This document shows, in pieces, positions 1 through 8,760 of a stretch of DNA of 64,000 bases; the stretch's first letter is position 1, and every line of letters begins with the position of its first letter. Source of the DNA: Thermodesulfobacteriota bacterium (lineage in GTDB: Bacteria; Desulfobacterota; Desulfobacteria; Desulfobacterales; C00003060); the NCBI GenBank assembly GCA_034189385.1, contig JAXHVD010000001.1, forward strand, positions 288,001-352,000, written 5' to 3'. Position numbers and translations under genes: made by a program. The notes beneath the pieces were generated by a model. That model was not told where the DNA came from. It made no database searches and saw only the letters and a list, made by a program, of their open reading frames with translations.

Positions 1-51
1 TTGAAAGACATCTACTATCTTCAGAGTAGGTTGGCTGGAGGGTGTGAATAG

Positions 52-1125
52 ATGAGGGCGCTCAGGGTGATTGATGCTTCCATAGTGACCGGGGCCCTGT
101 TGGGACTGGGAGGTGTTTTCCTGGTCTCTTTTGGAAATCCAGTGAACTCTGGAATCTGCGTCTCCTGTTTTATGGAGAATGTAGCCGGGGCCTTGCAGCT
201 CCACGATGACCTGCGTATGAGTTACATACGTCCTGAACTCATAGGCTTCATATTAGGGTCCTTTCTGGTGGCCACAAAGTCTGGGCGATTTCAGGTGAAA
301 GGAGGTTCCTCTCCTCTCATCCGGTTTTTCATGGGCTTTTTCATCATCGTAGGGTGTGCTGTCTTTATCGGATGTCCCATCAAGATGATTCTTCGCTTAG
401 GGGCTGGTGACCTGACGGCTATTGCCGCTACTCTGGGGCTCACGTTTGGGATCTGGTTGGGTGTCAGGTACATCAAAGGGGGGTTCGCCCTGGACCGAGA
501 AAAGGCGCTTCCCCCTATGAATGGCCTTGTAATTCCACTAGTTGCCCTTCTTCTACTGGTTTTCCTATTCATCAGTCCATCTTTTGTTAAAACAGGACAA
601 AAGGGTCCGGCAGCCTGGCACGCCCCCATATTCATATCACTATTCACAGGGCTCGCCATCGGCGCTTTTGCCCAAAGGTCAGGGCTGTGCATCACTGGAG
701 GGATACGAAATTTCTTCCTGGCTGGAGAGAGAACGTTGCTGAATGGCGTTATTACCGCCTTCCTATCGGCTCTCATGCTGAGTGTCGTTCTGGGGCAATT
801 CCGATGGGGGATGACCGCCCAACCGGCATCCCACCTAAACCATGGATGGACCTTCTTGGCTATGGTCCTCGTGGGCATTGCCTCTGTATTGATTGATGGG
901 TGTCCTTTTAGGCAGTTGATAAAAGCGGGACAGGGCGATGTAGATGCCGGTGTGACAACGCTAGGGATGCTTTTTGGTGGGGGCCTGGTATACTCATGGG
1001 TGCTCAGAAGCACTTCTGCTGGCCCCACGTTCGAAGGAAAGATTGTGGTGCTGATTGGCCTGATTTTTGCTTTGGTGGTAGCTGTGGCATTTCGAAAAAG
1101 AAAACTTGTCGGTCAAGAGAGATAG
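52..1125 (+). CDS. yedE: YedE/YeeE-family sulfur/selenium-compound membrane transporter (selenium-metabolism-linked YedE type)
   Basis: Polytopic hydrophobic ORF with GNPxNSGICVSCF, FIGCP, QRSGLC and DGCPFRQL Cys motifs typical of the family. Confidence 0.85.
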   Translation: MRALRVIDASIVTGALLGLGGVFLVSFGNPVNSGICVSCFMENVAGALQLHDDLRMSYIRPELIGFILGSFLVATKSGRFQVKGGSSPLIRFFMGFFIIVGCAVFIGCPIKMILRLGAGDLTAIAATLGLTFGIWLGVRYIKGGFALDREKALPPMNGLVIPLVALLLLVFLFISPSFVKTGQKGPAAWHAPIFISLFTGLAIGAFAQRSGLCITGGIRNFFLAGERTLLNGVITAFLSALMLSVVLGQFRWGMTAQPASHLNHGWTFLAMVLVGIASVLIDGCPFRQLIKAGQGDVDAGVTTLGMLFGGGLVYSWVLRSTSAGPTFEGKIVVLIGLIFALVVAVAFRKRKLVGQER

Positions 1126-1140
1126 CAAAGGTTATATGGA

Positions 1141-1722
1141 ATGAAATGGTTTGGGAAAGCTAACAAAGAGGAAGTCTCTCTTCAATCTGAAGCCGTGACC
1201 AGGGGCCTCTTGATATTTTCAGATACCAGCACGGTCATGCAGGCTGAGCAGATACTTAAAGAGGAAAGTTACAATATCAAAGTCGTCAGCCCTCCTGAGA
1301 AGTATCGTACCGGCTGCGACCTGTGCGTGGAGTTCCCATTGGTTGAGGAGCCGGGGATTACGAGGATCTTGAAGAAGCTGGGATTGACACCCATAGATGT
1401 GCTCCCCATATCTCCGAATGGACTGGAGCCTTTGAGACTATGCAGAACCAAGGACTTTGGCCAGTATCTCATGGTCAGGGCGGCCAACATGAAGATTACC
1501 ATAGAGAAGAAGACCAATAGGATCGTCAATGTGTCTGGCGGGGGTTGCCCGGATGTGCCTTACTTGGCTTACGAGATGGTAGGCAAAGTCCTCTCCGAGG
1601 CCCCTGAACCGGTACTTATAGGTTTTTCCATGTGCGCCTATTCCCTGAATACGGCTCGAGAAGAAATGATGAAGATTACGGGAGGGAGAGATGCTTCTTC
1701 TGGTTGGGCCGATACCGATTAG
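1141..1722 (+). CDS. DUF3343-domain protein (putative Se/S carrier-like)
   Basis: VMQAEQILK...PPEKYRTGCDL N-terminal motif and SGGGCPDVPY C-terminal motif; follows yedE, as in known yedE loci. Confidence 0.7.
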   Translation: MKWFGKANKEEVSLQSEAVTRGLLIFSDTSTVMQAEQILKEESYNIKVVSPPEKYRTGCDLCVEFPLVEEPGITRILKKLGLTPIDVLPISPNGLEPLRLCRTKDFGQYLMVRAANMKITIEKKTNRIVNVSGGGCPDVPYLAYEMVGKVLSEAPEPVLIGFSMCAYSLNTAREEMMKITGGRDASSGWADTD

Positions 1723-2554
1723 GGACCTACCCCTTTCGCTGGGTCGGATTGAGGTTACCGAAGAGGGGCTTAGGGTGGACAGTCAAGCCCTGGATGTGAA
1801 CCGAGGGACAGCCGCCATGATGTCAGCTGCTTACACCGTCTGTAAGGAGTTTGGCTTGGAAGGCCCCATGGGTTTGGTGGCAGGGGATATAGGCACCAGG
1901 GCTGGCAGTGTAAGAATCTATGAGCATCTGGCAGACAACCTCTCGCTGGAAGATGTGGATGTTCTGACCCTCCACTACATCATGCCTGATATTCCCAGGA
2001 ATAAGGCTTTTTTGGAGACAATGGCGTCCCTGAAAAAAAGGCCTGTTCTGATAGCCGATGCCGGTGCCATGTATGTGGCCAAGGCTGGCGGCGATGCTGA
2101 CAAATATGATGTCTTTACCCCGGATTTGGGGGAGATGGCCTTCCTGGCTGACGAGAGAGCGGCCCATCCCGCCTACACGCGAGGATTCATCTTTCATCTG
2201 GAAGACGATGTGCCTGAGTTGATCCGCCGAGCCCATGCGTCCAAAAACGCTGCTCGCACGTTATTCGTGAAGGGCAAAGTCGACTATATCTGCCAGGACG
2301 GGGAGATCGTTGAAGCCATAACGGAACCGAATATAGAGGAGTTGGAACCCGTCGGGGGAACTGGGGACATGATTACCGGAATGATCAGTGGATTGATCTA
2401 TGCCGGGAAATCACATCTTGAAGCCTGCCGGATAGCAGGAAGAGTGAACAGGAAGGCCGGGGAACTTTGCCGGCCCACCCCTGCCACCCAGGTGGTGGAG
2501 ATCATAAAGTGTATCCCAGAGGCACTGAAACAGGTGCTCAAAGAGCAAGGATAG
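1691..2554 (+). CDS. Ribokinase-superfamily (YjeF-C / NAD(P)HX dehydratase-like) kinase-like protein
   Basis: LIADAG, FTPDLGEM, VKGKVD and GGTGD anion-hole motifs; overlaps the DUF3343 gene. Confidence 0.65.
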   Translation: MLLLVGPIPIRDLPLSLGRIEVTEEGLRVDSQALDVNRGTAAMMSAAYTVCKEFGLEGPMGLVAGDIGTRAGSVRIYEHLADNLSLEDVDVLTLHYIMPDIPRNKAFLETMASLKKRPVLIADAGAMYVAKAGGDADKYDVFTPDLGEMAFLADERAAHPAYTRGFIFHLEDDVPELIRRAHASKNAARTLFVKGKVDYICQDGEIVEAITEPNIEELEPVGGTGDMITGMISGLIYAGKSHLEACRIAGRVNRKAGELCRPTPATQVVEIIKCIPEALKQVLKEQG

Positions 2555-2557
2555 GTC

Positions 2558-2821
2558 ATGCCCAAGTTCATCATCCCTTTTCCACTTCGTGAACATGTGG
2601 ACAATCAGCGCGAAGTCGTGGTCGACGGAAATAGCCTGAAAGAAACCATGGAGCAGTTTTGGCGAAGGTATCCTGCACTGAAAAGGGTGAATCATGATTC
2701 GTCTCTCCTATCTATCTTTGTCAATAGCAGATTGATTAGGACTGGGATCGAAACGTGGGACAGCCTGCCTTTGAATAAGGATGATGAGATCACTCTCATA
2801 ATCCCCATAGCTGGAGGGTAG
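2558..2821 (+). CDS. Ubiquitin-like sulfur carrier (MoaD/ThiS family)
   Basis: 87 aa beta-grasp pattern (IFVN...LNKDDEITLIIPIAGG) ending in a free Gly-Gly. Confidence 0.85.
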   Translation: MPKFIIPFPLREHVDNQREVVVDGNSLKETMEQFWRRYPALKRVNHDSSLLSIFVNSRLIRTGIETWDSLPLNKDDEITLIIPIAGG

Positions 2822-2832
2822 GGGGAGGAGAT

Positions 2833-3408
2833 TTGGTCTCATTAGGGGAAATCAGCCGCACAGTGTTGCCGGTTCAGCATTGGCAGGAGATTCAGGCGCA
2901 TTGCAAGAGGAAACTCGCGGGACAGTATCTGCCTGGTGAGTCCGCAGGCCGAAAGGCCTATGGTTTGCTGGCAGGCACCCAGAATGGTTCGACCCTAAAG
3001 GTGGAGCGAATACTGCCGGCAAGAAGAAATGTCAGAGATCAAGAGCCTTATAAGACGTATATGGACAAGATGATGGAACAGCATGCCATCCCTTCGAAGA
3101 CGCCCTTGAGTAGCAGAGGCTGGATCACGGATCCTGAGGAGCTCAAGCAGTATTACGATAGGTGCGACCAAGAAGGACTTATCGTATTTGGGACTTATCA
3201 TATGCATGTTGTCCCCTGGGAACATGATGCTGTGAGGGATACGCCGACCAAATTGGATGCTATATTGGCCCGAAATAGTAATCTTTTTTCATTCATCGTT
3301 TCCATGGTTGATGTGAGCCATCCCAGCATTAGAGCCTTTTATGAAGCCATGAGGGAGAGAGAGATACCGGTCCTTGTGGAAGACGGACAATCTGTAAGTC
3401 CTCAATAA
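2833..3408 (+). CDS. JAB/MPN (Mov34-like) domain protein
   Basis: AYGLLAG, WITDPEE and GTYHMH...PTKLD (HxH...D) motifs; TTG start after a GGAGG RBS; directly follows the Ubl gene. Confidence 0.65.
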   Translation: MVSLGEISRTVLPVQHWQEIQAHCKRKLAGQYLPGESAGRKAYGLLAGTQNGSTLKVERILPARRNVRDQEPYKTYMDKMMEQHAIPSKTPLSSRGWITDPEELKQYYDRCDQEGLIVFGTYHMHVVPWEHDAVRDTPTKLDAILARNSNLFSFIVSMVDVSHPSIRAFYEAMREREIPVLVEDGQSVSPQ

Positions 3409-3473
3409 CCTCGGGCAAAGCCCCTAAGACCACGTTGGCCAAGAGGCAATTGAACCGAATAAACGAGCGCATT

Positions 3474-3517
3474 CCCCTTGGGTTGACTTCGACGAGCTCA
3501 GTCGAGTGGCCACGGGG
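3474..3517. repeat. Intergenic imperfect hairpin (CCCCTTGG...CCACGGGG) with an internal TCGAC/GTCGA stem; REP- or IS200/605-end-like
   Basis: Nested inverted repeats read directly from the sequence. Confidence 0.35.
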
Positions 3518-3634
3518 AGGGTTCAATTTGAAAACGTCTGAAAATCGCTCAAACAGTCAGCCATTTTCAAATTAGACCACCTAACGCCCTAGTTTTTAAA
3601 AAGTTGCGACAACCTGACGAAAGAAAATGAAATT

Positions 3635-4810
3635 ATGGGAGATATCCTGGACACAGAACCAGAGTTGATGGTGGAGTATACGGATCCCTTGGAGGGATTC
3701 AAAGGGTGGTTGGCCATTGACTGCCTTTCCCACAAGCTTTGCGCTGGAGGGTTCAGAGTCCAAAAGGGACTCACCCGTGACATCGTGGTCAGTTTGGCCC
3801 GGAACATGAATCTGAAGATGCGGATAGCGGGCATTCGGGCAGATGGGGCCAAGAGCGGGATTGACTATGATCCCCATTCACCCGGAAAGACAGCGGCACT
3901 TCACCGCTTCATAAGGGCCATACGACCCCTCATTCTGGAGCGCTATTCCATGGGGCCGGACCTCAATGTGAAGCTGAAAGAACTTGATGATATTGCGAAG
4001 CAATTGGACATTCCTTCGGTAAAGGTTGCCATCGCCAAAGCCCAGGGCTTTGATCTCCCGTACTTTTTGAAACGCTATGGCCTCTTGGGAGAGCCGGTGG
4101 ATCATGCCACAGTCGGAAAACTGCGTTCAGGTTTTGGGCTTGCGGCAGCCTGCTTAGGAGTCCTTGAGTTCCTGGGGATCCCCAATGAAAAGGCAACGGT
4201 GGCCATTCAAGGTTTTGGTGGTTTGGGCAGCGCAGCTGCTTATGGTCTTCAGAGGGCCGGGGTTAAAGTGGTTGGGATAGCCGATGAGGAGAAAAGCCTC
4301 ACCTGTACCAATGAGCACCCACTTGATGTGAAGGCCTTGGTGCAACACGCTGTGAACGGCCTCATTCCAAGTGGATGGAAGAACAGCGGACAGTACGCTG
4401 ATCGAAGTCACATATTTGACGTCACGTGCGACGTGTTCATTCCGGCAGCGATCGAGAATGCTGTTGTTCAAGATAATGCCGGGACCATCTCCACAAAGGC
4501 CATCGTGCCCGGTGCCAATCTTGCCATTACTGAGGAGGCGGAAAGGGTACTGAACGATCGTGGGATTATTACCATACCGGATTTTGTGGCAGGATGCGGT
4601 GGTTCCATGTCGATGAAGGCGCTGTTTGGTCCCAAATCCCATCCCACTGCAGCAGATTTGCTTAACGGCTTGGCTGAAGGCATGCGTGGCATGGTGAAGA
4701 GGGTCTTAGAGCGGAGTCAGAAAGACGGCACCACACCAAGGGAGGCAGCCTTGGATCTGTGCTCCGAAGCCCCGATCTATCCCGATGCCAAACCGTACGG
4801 CCCTCTGTGA
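3635..4810 (+). CDS. Glu/Leu/Phe/Val amino-acid dehydrogenase family protein
   Basis: AGGFR, GAKSGI (catalytic Lys), GPD, IQGFGGLG Rossmann motif, DVFIPAA, PGAN, IPDFVA. Confidence 0.85.
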   Translation: MGDILDTEPELMVEYTDPLEGFKGWLAIDCLSHKLCAGGFRVQKGLTRDIVVSLARNMNLKMRIAGIRADGAKSGIDYDPHSPGKTAALHRFIRAIRPLILERYSMGPDLNVKLKELDDIAKQLDIPSVKVAIAKAQGFDLPYFLKRYGLLGEPVDHATVGKLRSGFGLAAACLGVLEFLGIPNEKATVAIQGFGGLGSAAAYGLQRAGVKVVGIADEEKSLTCTNEHPLDVKALVQHAVNGLIPSGWKNSGQYADRSHIFDVTCDVFIPAAIENAVVQDNAGTISTKAIVPGANLAITEEAERVLNDRGIITIPDFVAGCGGSMSMKALFGPKSHPTAADLLNGLAEGMRGMVKRVLERSQKDGTTPREAALDLCSEAPIYPDAKPYGPL

Positions 4811-4839
4811 GCTGAAAGCTGAAGGCTCAATAGCTGAAA
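4811..4839 (+). repeat. Solo heptamer array (GCTGAAA GCTGAAG GCTCAAT a GCTGAAA)
   Basis: Same 7-mer family and orientation as the array at 9497-9533. Confidence 0.75.
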
Positions 4840-4900
4840 GGGTCCTCAGGATCCAGCAAACCATCCATTCCTCTTCCCAACACCCCAAGGCGCAACAATC

Positions 4901-6277
4901 ATGCCCTCTCATCCCATTGATTTTGAAATAAATCCAAACGTCTATAGCACCCCTGAACTACTAGCCATATTTGACGAAAAGGCAAGGTACCAGCGGTGGC
5001 TCGATTTCGAGGCTGCCCTGGCAAAGGCCCAGGCAGAGATGGGCGTGATCCCTCAAGAAGCGGCTGATGAGATCCAAAGCAAGGCAAGGCTTGCATACTT
5101 AGACTTGGACGCCGTTCACGAGGGGTATCTTCATAGCCGCAATTCTCTCATGCCGTTGATAAACGGTCTTCGCAACGTCTGCGAGAAGGGCTACGGAGAG
5201 TACGTTCATTTCGGTGTGACTACTCAAGACGTTCTGGATACTGGCGAAGTCCTTGAGCTGAGAAAGACCTTGGCCGTCGTTTATCGCGATCTTCGGGCCC
5301 TGGAGATGACTTGCCTGGATCTGGCAAAGAGGCATCGATCAACGCCCATGGTGGCCCGCACCCACGGCCAACAGGCCCTACCTGCCACCTTTGGCCTAAA
5401 GGTTGTCACTTGGTCAAGCGAGATTCGGCGTCACATTGACCGGACTAAAGACCTTTCTCAGAGATTGACGTTCGGGCAATTGAGCGGTGCCGTTGGAACC
5501 ATGGCCGCCTTGGGGCCCCATGCGATGGAAGTTGCCAGACGCACCCTGGACCTCTTGGGCCTCAGGCGTCGTCCCTTGGCGTGGCATAGCTCCAGGGAGC
5601 ACATCGGGGAATTGGCCTGTGCCTTTACCCTCATGGTCACCACGTTCGCGAAGATGGCCAATGAGATATTCCAACTTCAGAAGACGGAAATCGGCGAGTT
5701 GAAAGAACCTGCGCCAAAAGGAGCTATGGCCAGTAGCACGATGCCTCATAAGAGAAACCCTGTTATCTGTCAACGGGTTGTCGTCCTTTCTCGGCATGTG
5801 AGACACCTGGCAGGGACCGTTGTAGAGAGTATGGCGCACGAGCACGAGCGAGATGCCCGCTGCCTGTGGGGGGAGTGGTTGGCTGTGCCCCAGCTATGCA
5901 TCCACACCGGCGCCGCCTTGAAGTACATGCTAGATGTGATGTCAGGCCTCGAGGTGAACGTTGATCGCATGAAGGAAAATCTCCATCTTCAGAAAGCCAT
6001 GATCACATCGGAATGGCTGCTTTTCAAGTTGAGCCACACCATGGGCAAGATGAAGTCTTTAGAGAAGCTCCACGAGCTTTCAAACAAGGCCATGGATGCA
6101 GGGATTCCATTCAAAAGGGCTGTCATGGATGACCATGATACAGGGAATCTCCTTACGAGTGATGAAATAGAATATCTCGACCACCCGGAAAGATACATCG
6201 GGCATGCCCTGGAGATAGTAGACGAGACTGTGGAGGAGATTGAAGGGAAGAGGGCTTCAGATCCAACAAAGCTGTAG
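4901..6277 (+). CDS. Adenylosuccinate lyase / fumarase-aspartase superfamily lyase, paralog 1
   Basis: HFGVTTQD, ARTHGQQA, SSTMPHKRNP signature, HERD. Confidence 0.85.
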   Translation: MPSHPIDFEINPNVYSTPELLAIFDEKARYQRWLDFEAALAKAQAEMGVIPQEAADEIQSKARLAYLDLDAVHEGYLHSRNSLMPLINGLRNVCEKGYGEYVHFGVTTQDVLDTGEVLELRKTLAVVYRDLRALEMTCLDLAKRHRSTPMVARTHGQQALPATFGLKVVTWSSEIRRHIDRTKDLSQRLTFGQLSGAVGTMAALGPHAMEVARRTLDLLGLRRRPLAWHSSREHIGELACAFTLMVTTFAKMANEIFQLQKTEIGELKEPAPKGAMASSTMPHKRNPVICQRVVVLSRHVRHLAGTVVESMAHEHERDARCLWGEWLAVPQLCIHTGAALKYMLDVMSGLEVNVDRMKENLHLQKAMITSEWLLFKLSHTMGKMKSLEKLHELSNKAMDAGIPFKRAVMDDHDTGNLLTSDEIEYLDHPERYIGHALEIVDETVEEIEGKRASDPTKL

Positions 6278-6352
6278 GGTTCACATCGCAGGATTTATGT
6301 GTCTGAGGGGGAGAGACTCTGTCGTGATGGTCAACTCTGCAGTATCGGGTAA

Positions 6353-7035
6353 CGAAATCCTAATGTCGAATATCGAAGCCCGAGACAAATTCGAATGACA
6401 AAAAGAGATAAACCCAAGCAATATGATCTGGAAGATCGAACGCTTGCGTTTGCAAAACGGGTCAGAGCATTGGTAAAAAAGCTGAAAAAGACCATGGGAA
6501 ATATGGAAGACGGAAAGCAGGTGATTCGTGCTTCGGGCTCTGTCGGCGCGAACTACATCGAGGCCAATGAATCTCTCAGCAAGAAGGACTTCATCATGAG
6601 AATCAAGATTAGTCGGAAAGAGGCTAAAGAAAGCCGATACTGGCTGCGACTGTTGGATATTGGTGACGCGCCAGAGCAAGAGAATGAGCGTAAGGTTTTA
6701 GTTAACGAGGCTACGGAACTCATGAATATCTTCGGCGCAATATTGGTCAAGAGCAAAAGTGGTTAGAACATTTGGGCCTCTCAATTTCGGATTTAGAAGG
6801 CGCTGGTCAATGCCTATGAACGTGATGGATTCTCATAATGCCAATCAGTGCCTGAACGAAAAGTCATGTTCAAGGGAAATCCGAATACGGAACTAAGAAA
6901 TTCAAAAAGAATTCGAATGCGAAATGACAGAATGGTCAAGATAATTGATGACTCTTTGGAATTAGATCGTTTTGGTCATTGAGATATTACCATTTTTGTC
7001 ATTGTTTCGTGTTTCGAGATTCGGATCTCGAATTT
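6353..7035. mobile_element. Four-helix-bundle cassette 1 bounded by inverted degenerate CGAAAT-type heptamer arrays
   Basis: Left arm 6353-6403 (cgaaatcctaatgtcgaatatcgaagcccgagacaaattcgaatgacaaaa) is complementary to the right arm at ~6993-7035 (ttttgtcattgtttcgtgtttcgagattcggatctcgaattt); a further left-type arm lies at ~6877-6940. Confidence 0.55.
6395..6766 (+). CDS. Four helix bundle protein (TIGR02436 / 23S rRNA IVP-like)
   Basis: DLEDRT..FA, QVIRASGSVGANYIEA, SKKDF, KEAKESRYWL. Confidence 0.9.
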   Translation: MTKRDKPKQYDLEDRTLAFAKRVRALVKKLKKTMGNMEDGKQVIRASGSVGANYIEANESLSKKDFIMRIKISRKEAKESRYWLRLLDIGDAPEQENERKVLVNEATELMNIFGAILVKSKSG

Positions 7036-7084
7036 TTGAACGCAAGGAGCGGGTTTTCTGTGAAGCATCAATTAGGAAGCGATC

Positions 7085-8527
7085 ATGATTTCGTGCAAGC
7101 CAAACAGCCATATCACCGATTCACGATTCTATAGCAGCGGCTATACCACTGAGGAGGCCCGCAGGGTCTTTTGCGATAAATATCGGTACCAACGCTGGAT
7201 AGAGATAGAAGCCGCTATGGCCTCAGCACAGGCGGATCTTGGAATGATTCCCAAATGGGCAGCCGAGGCCCTCACTGAGAAGGCCCACCTTCGCTATTTG
7301 GACCTGGAGGCCATTAAGGCGGGCATAAAGACAACCAGTCACTCCCTTCTCCCTTTGCTTAGGGCGTGGCAGGAAGTTTGTGACGCCGCTGCTGGAGAAT
7401 TCATTCACTTTGGTGCCACTACCCAGGATATTCAAGACACTGCCCAGGTCCTAGAGATTCGTGACATACTGGGTATTGTTGAGCGCGACCTTACGGCGAT
7501 TGTCCGACAAGTGATGGAACTGGCCGAGCGTTACTCAGGGCTTGTTACCATTGGTCGCACGCACACACAACATGCCTTGTCCATGACACTGGGGCTAAAG
7601 GTGGCTGTGTGGCTAGATGAGCTTTGGCGAAACGTCGAGCGACTGATGGAATGCAAGGAGCGGGTGCTGGTGAGTCAGCTTTTCGGGGGGGTTGGTACGA
7701 TGGATGCCTTTGGTAATAAGGGCCTTGAGCTATTGTCCCTGTTTTCGCAGAGGCTGAAACTAAAGGCGCCCCTCACAGCCTGGCATGTCTCGCGGGACCG
7801 GGGGGCTGAATTCCTTGCCACCATGGCCATGATTTCTGGCACTTGTGCCAAGATAGCCAATGAGATCCGATGCCTGGCGAGGAGTGAAACTGGGGAACTG
7901 GAAGAGCCTTTTCAAATGGGCAAAGTGGGGAGCAGTACCATGCCTCACAAGAGAAATCCTGAAATGTGCGAGCAAGTCATCGTATTGGCAAGGCTCATTA
8001 AGGCCAATGCGGGTTTGGGCTTTGAAGGGATGATTAATGAGCACGAACGGGATTATCGGGCCGTGAGGTTGGAGTGGGTCACCATAACGGACACATCCCT
8101 TTTTGTGTGCGGGCTTTTGTCCTTGATGAAGTCGATCTTGAAGGATCTTATCATCCATGAAAATAGGATTCGTGAGAATGTTGACAAGGCAGCCACGCTC
8201 ATTTCAACAGAGGCCTTGATGTTTTTTCTCGGAGAGACCATAGGGAAGCAGACGGCCCATGAGATTGTCTATGAGACCTCCATGGAGGCTATTGAGACCA
8301 GTCAACCCTTGATCGATCTGTTGATGAACCATAAGGAGATACAGGGAAGATTCAGGCGTGAGGATGTTGAAAGAATCATTGATCCCAAGAACCACGTTGG
8401 CATGTCTGAAAAGCTGACACGCAGAGCGGTTGCATACGTAAGAGAGAAACTACTAGAGAAAGGCCCGTGTGAACAGAGTGAAAGGCTCTGCCCCCTTAGC
8501 GAAAAAGACGGGCGCTGCAGTGTTTGA
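7085..8527 (+). CDS. Adenylosuccinate lyase / fumarase-aspartase superfamily lyase, paralog 2
   Basis: HFGATTQD, GRTHTQHA, GSSTMPHKRNP, HERD; Cys-rich C-terminal tail. Confidence 0.85.
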   Translation: MISCKPNSHITDSRFYSSGYTTEEARRVFCDKYRYQRWIEIEAAMASAQADLGMIPKWAAEALTEKAHLRYLDLEAIKAGIKTTSHSLLPLLRAWQEVCDAAAGEFIHFGATTQDIQDTAQVLEIRDILGIVERDLTAIVRQVMELAERYSGLVTIGRTHTQHALSMTLGLKVAVWLDELWRNVERLMECKERVLVSQLFGGVGTMDAFGNKGLELLSLFSQRLKLKAPLTAWHVSRDRGAEFLATMAMISGTCAKIANEIRCLARSETGELEEPFQMGKVGSSTMPHKRNPEMCEQVIVLARLIKANAGLGFEGMINEHERDYRAVRLEWVTITDTSLFVCGLLSLMKSILKDLIIHENRIRENVDKAATLISTEALMFFLGETIGKQTAHEIVYETSMEAIETSQPLIDLLMNHKEIQGRFRREDVERIIDPKNHVGMSEKLTRRAVAYVREKLLEKGPCEQSERLCPLSEKDGRCSV

Positions 8528-8597
8528 GCAATTTGAGATAGTGTTTTCAGCAAGATAAGCATTAGTCTTTTATGAAGAACTTTTCGCTTTTGATTCT

Positions 8598-8687
8598 CTG
8601 ATTCTGGGTACTGGTTACTTGATGCCAGATAAGCGAAATGATGGGAGAGACTCTTTGAAGTGTCCAGTATCGTGCATCCAGCATCAG
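8598..8687. repeat. Gene-less inverted heptamer-array pair (CTGG-type / CCAG-type)
   Basis: ctgattctgggtactggttacttg (8598-8621) is approximately the reverse complement of ccagtatcgtgcatccagcatcag (8664-8687). Confidence 0.55.
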
Positions 8688-8760
8688 ACTGCGCTGTAGT
8701 GAACTCTCGCAATGCTCACAAAATGGACAACTCACAACACGTTGTCCTGGTATTCTATCT

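Noticed and set aside
1..51. Upstream frame ending ...LAGGCE*, resembling a Ubl with a JAB-cleavable extension
   Set aside because: Only 16 codons are visible and another frame is equally possible; upstream sequence is needed
6395..6766. 23S rRNA intervening sequence implied by the family name
   Set aside because: No rRNA sequence flanks any of the three genes
4901..8527. Naming the lyases purB
   Set aside because: Two divergent copies, non-purine context, and the signature is shared across the superfamily
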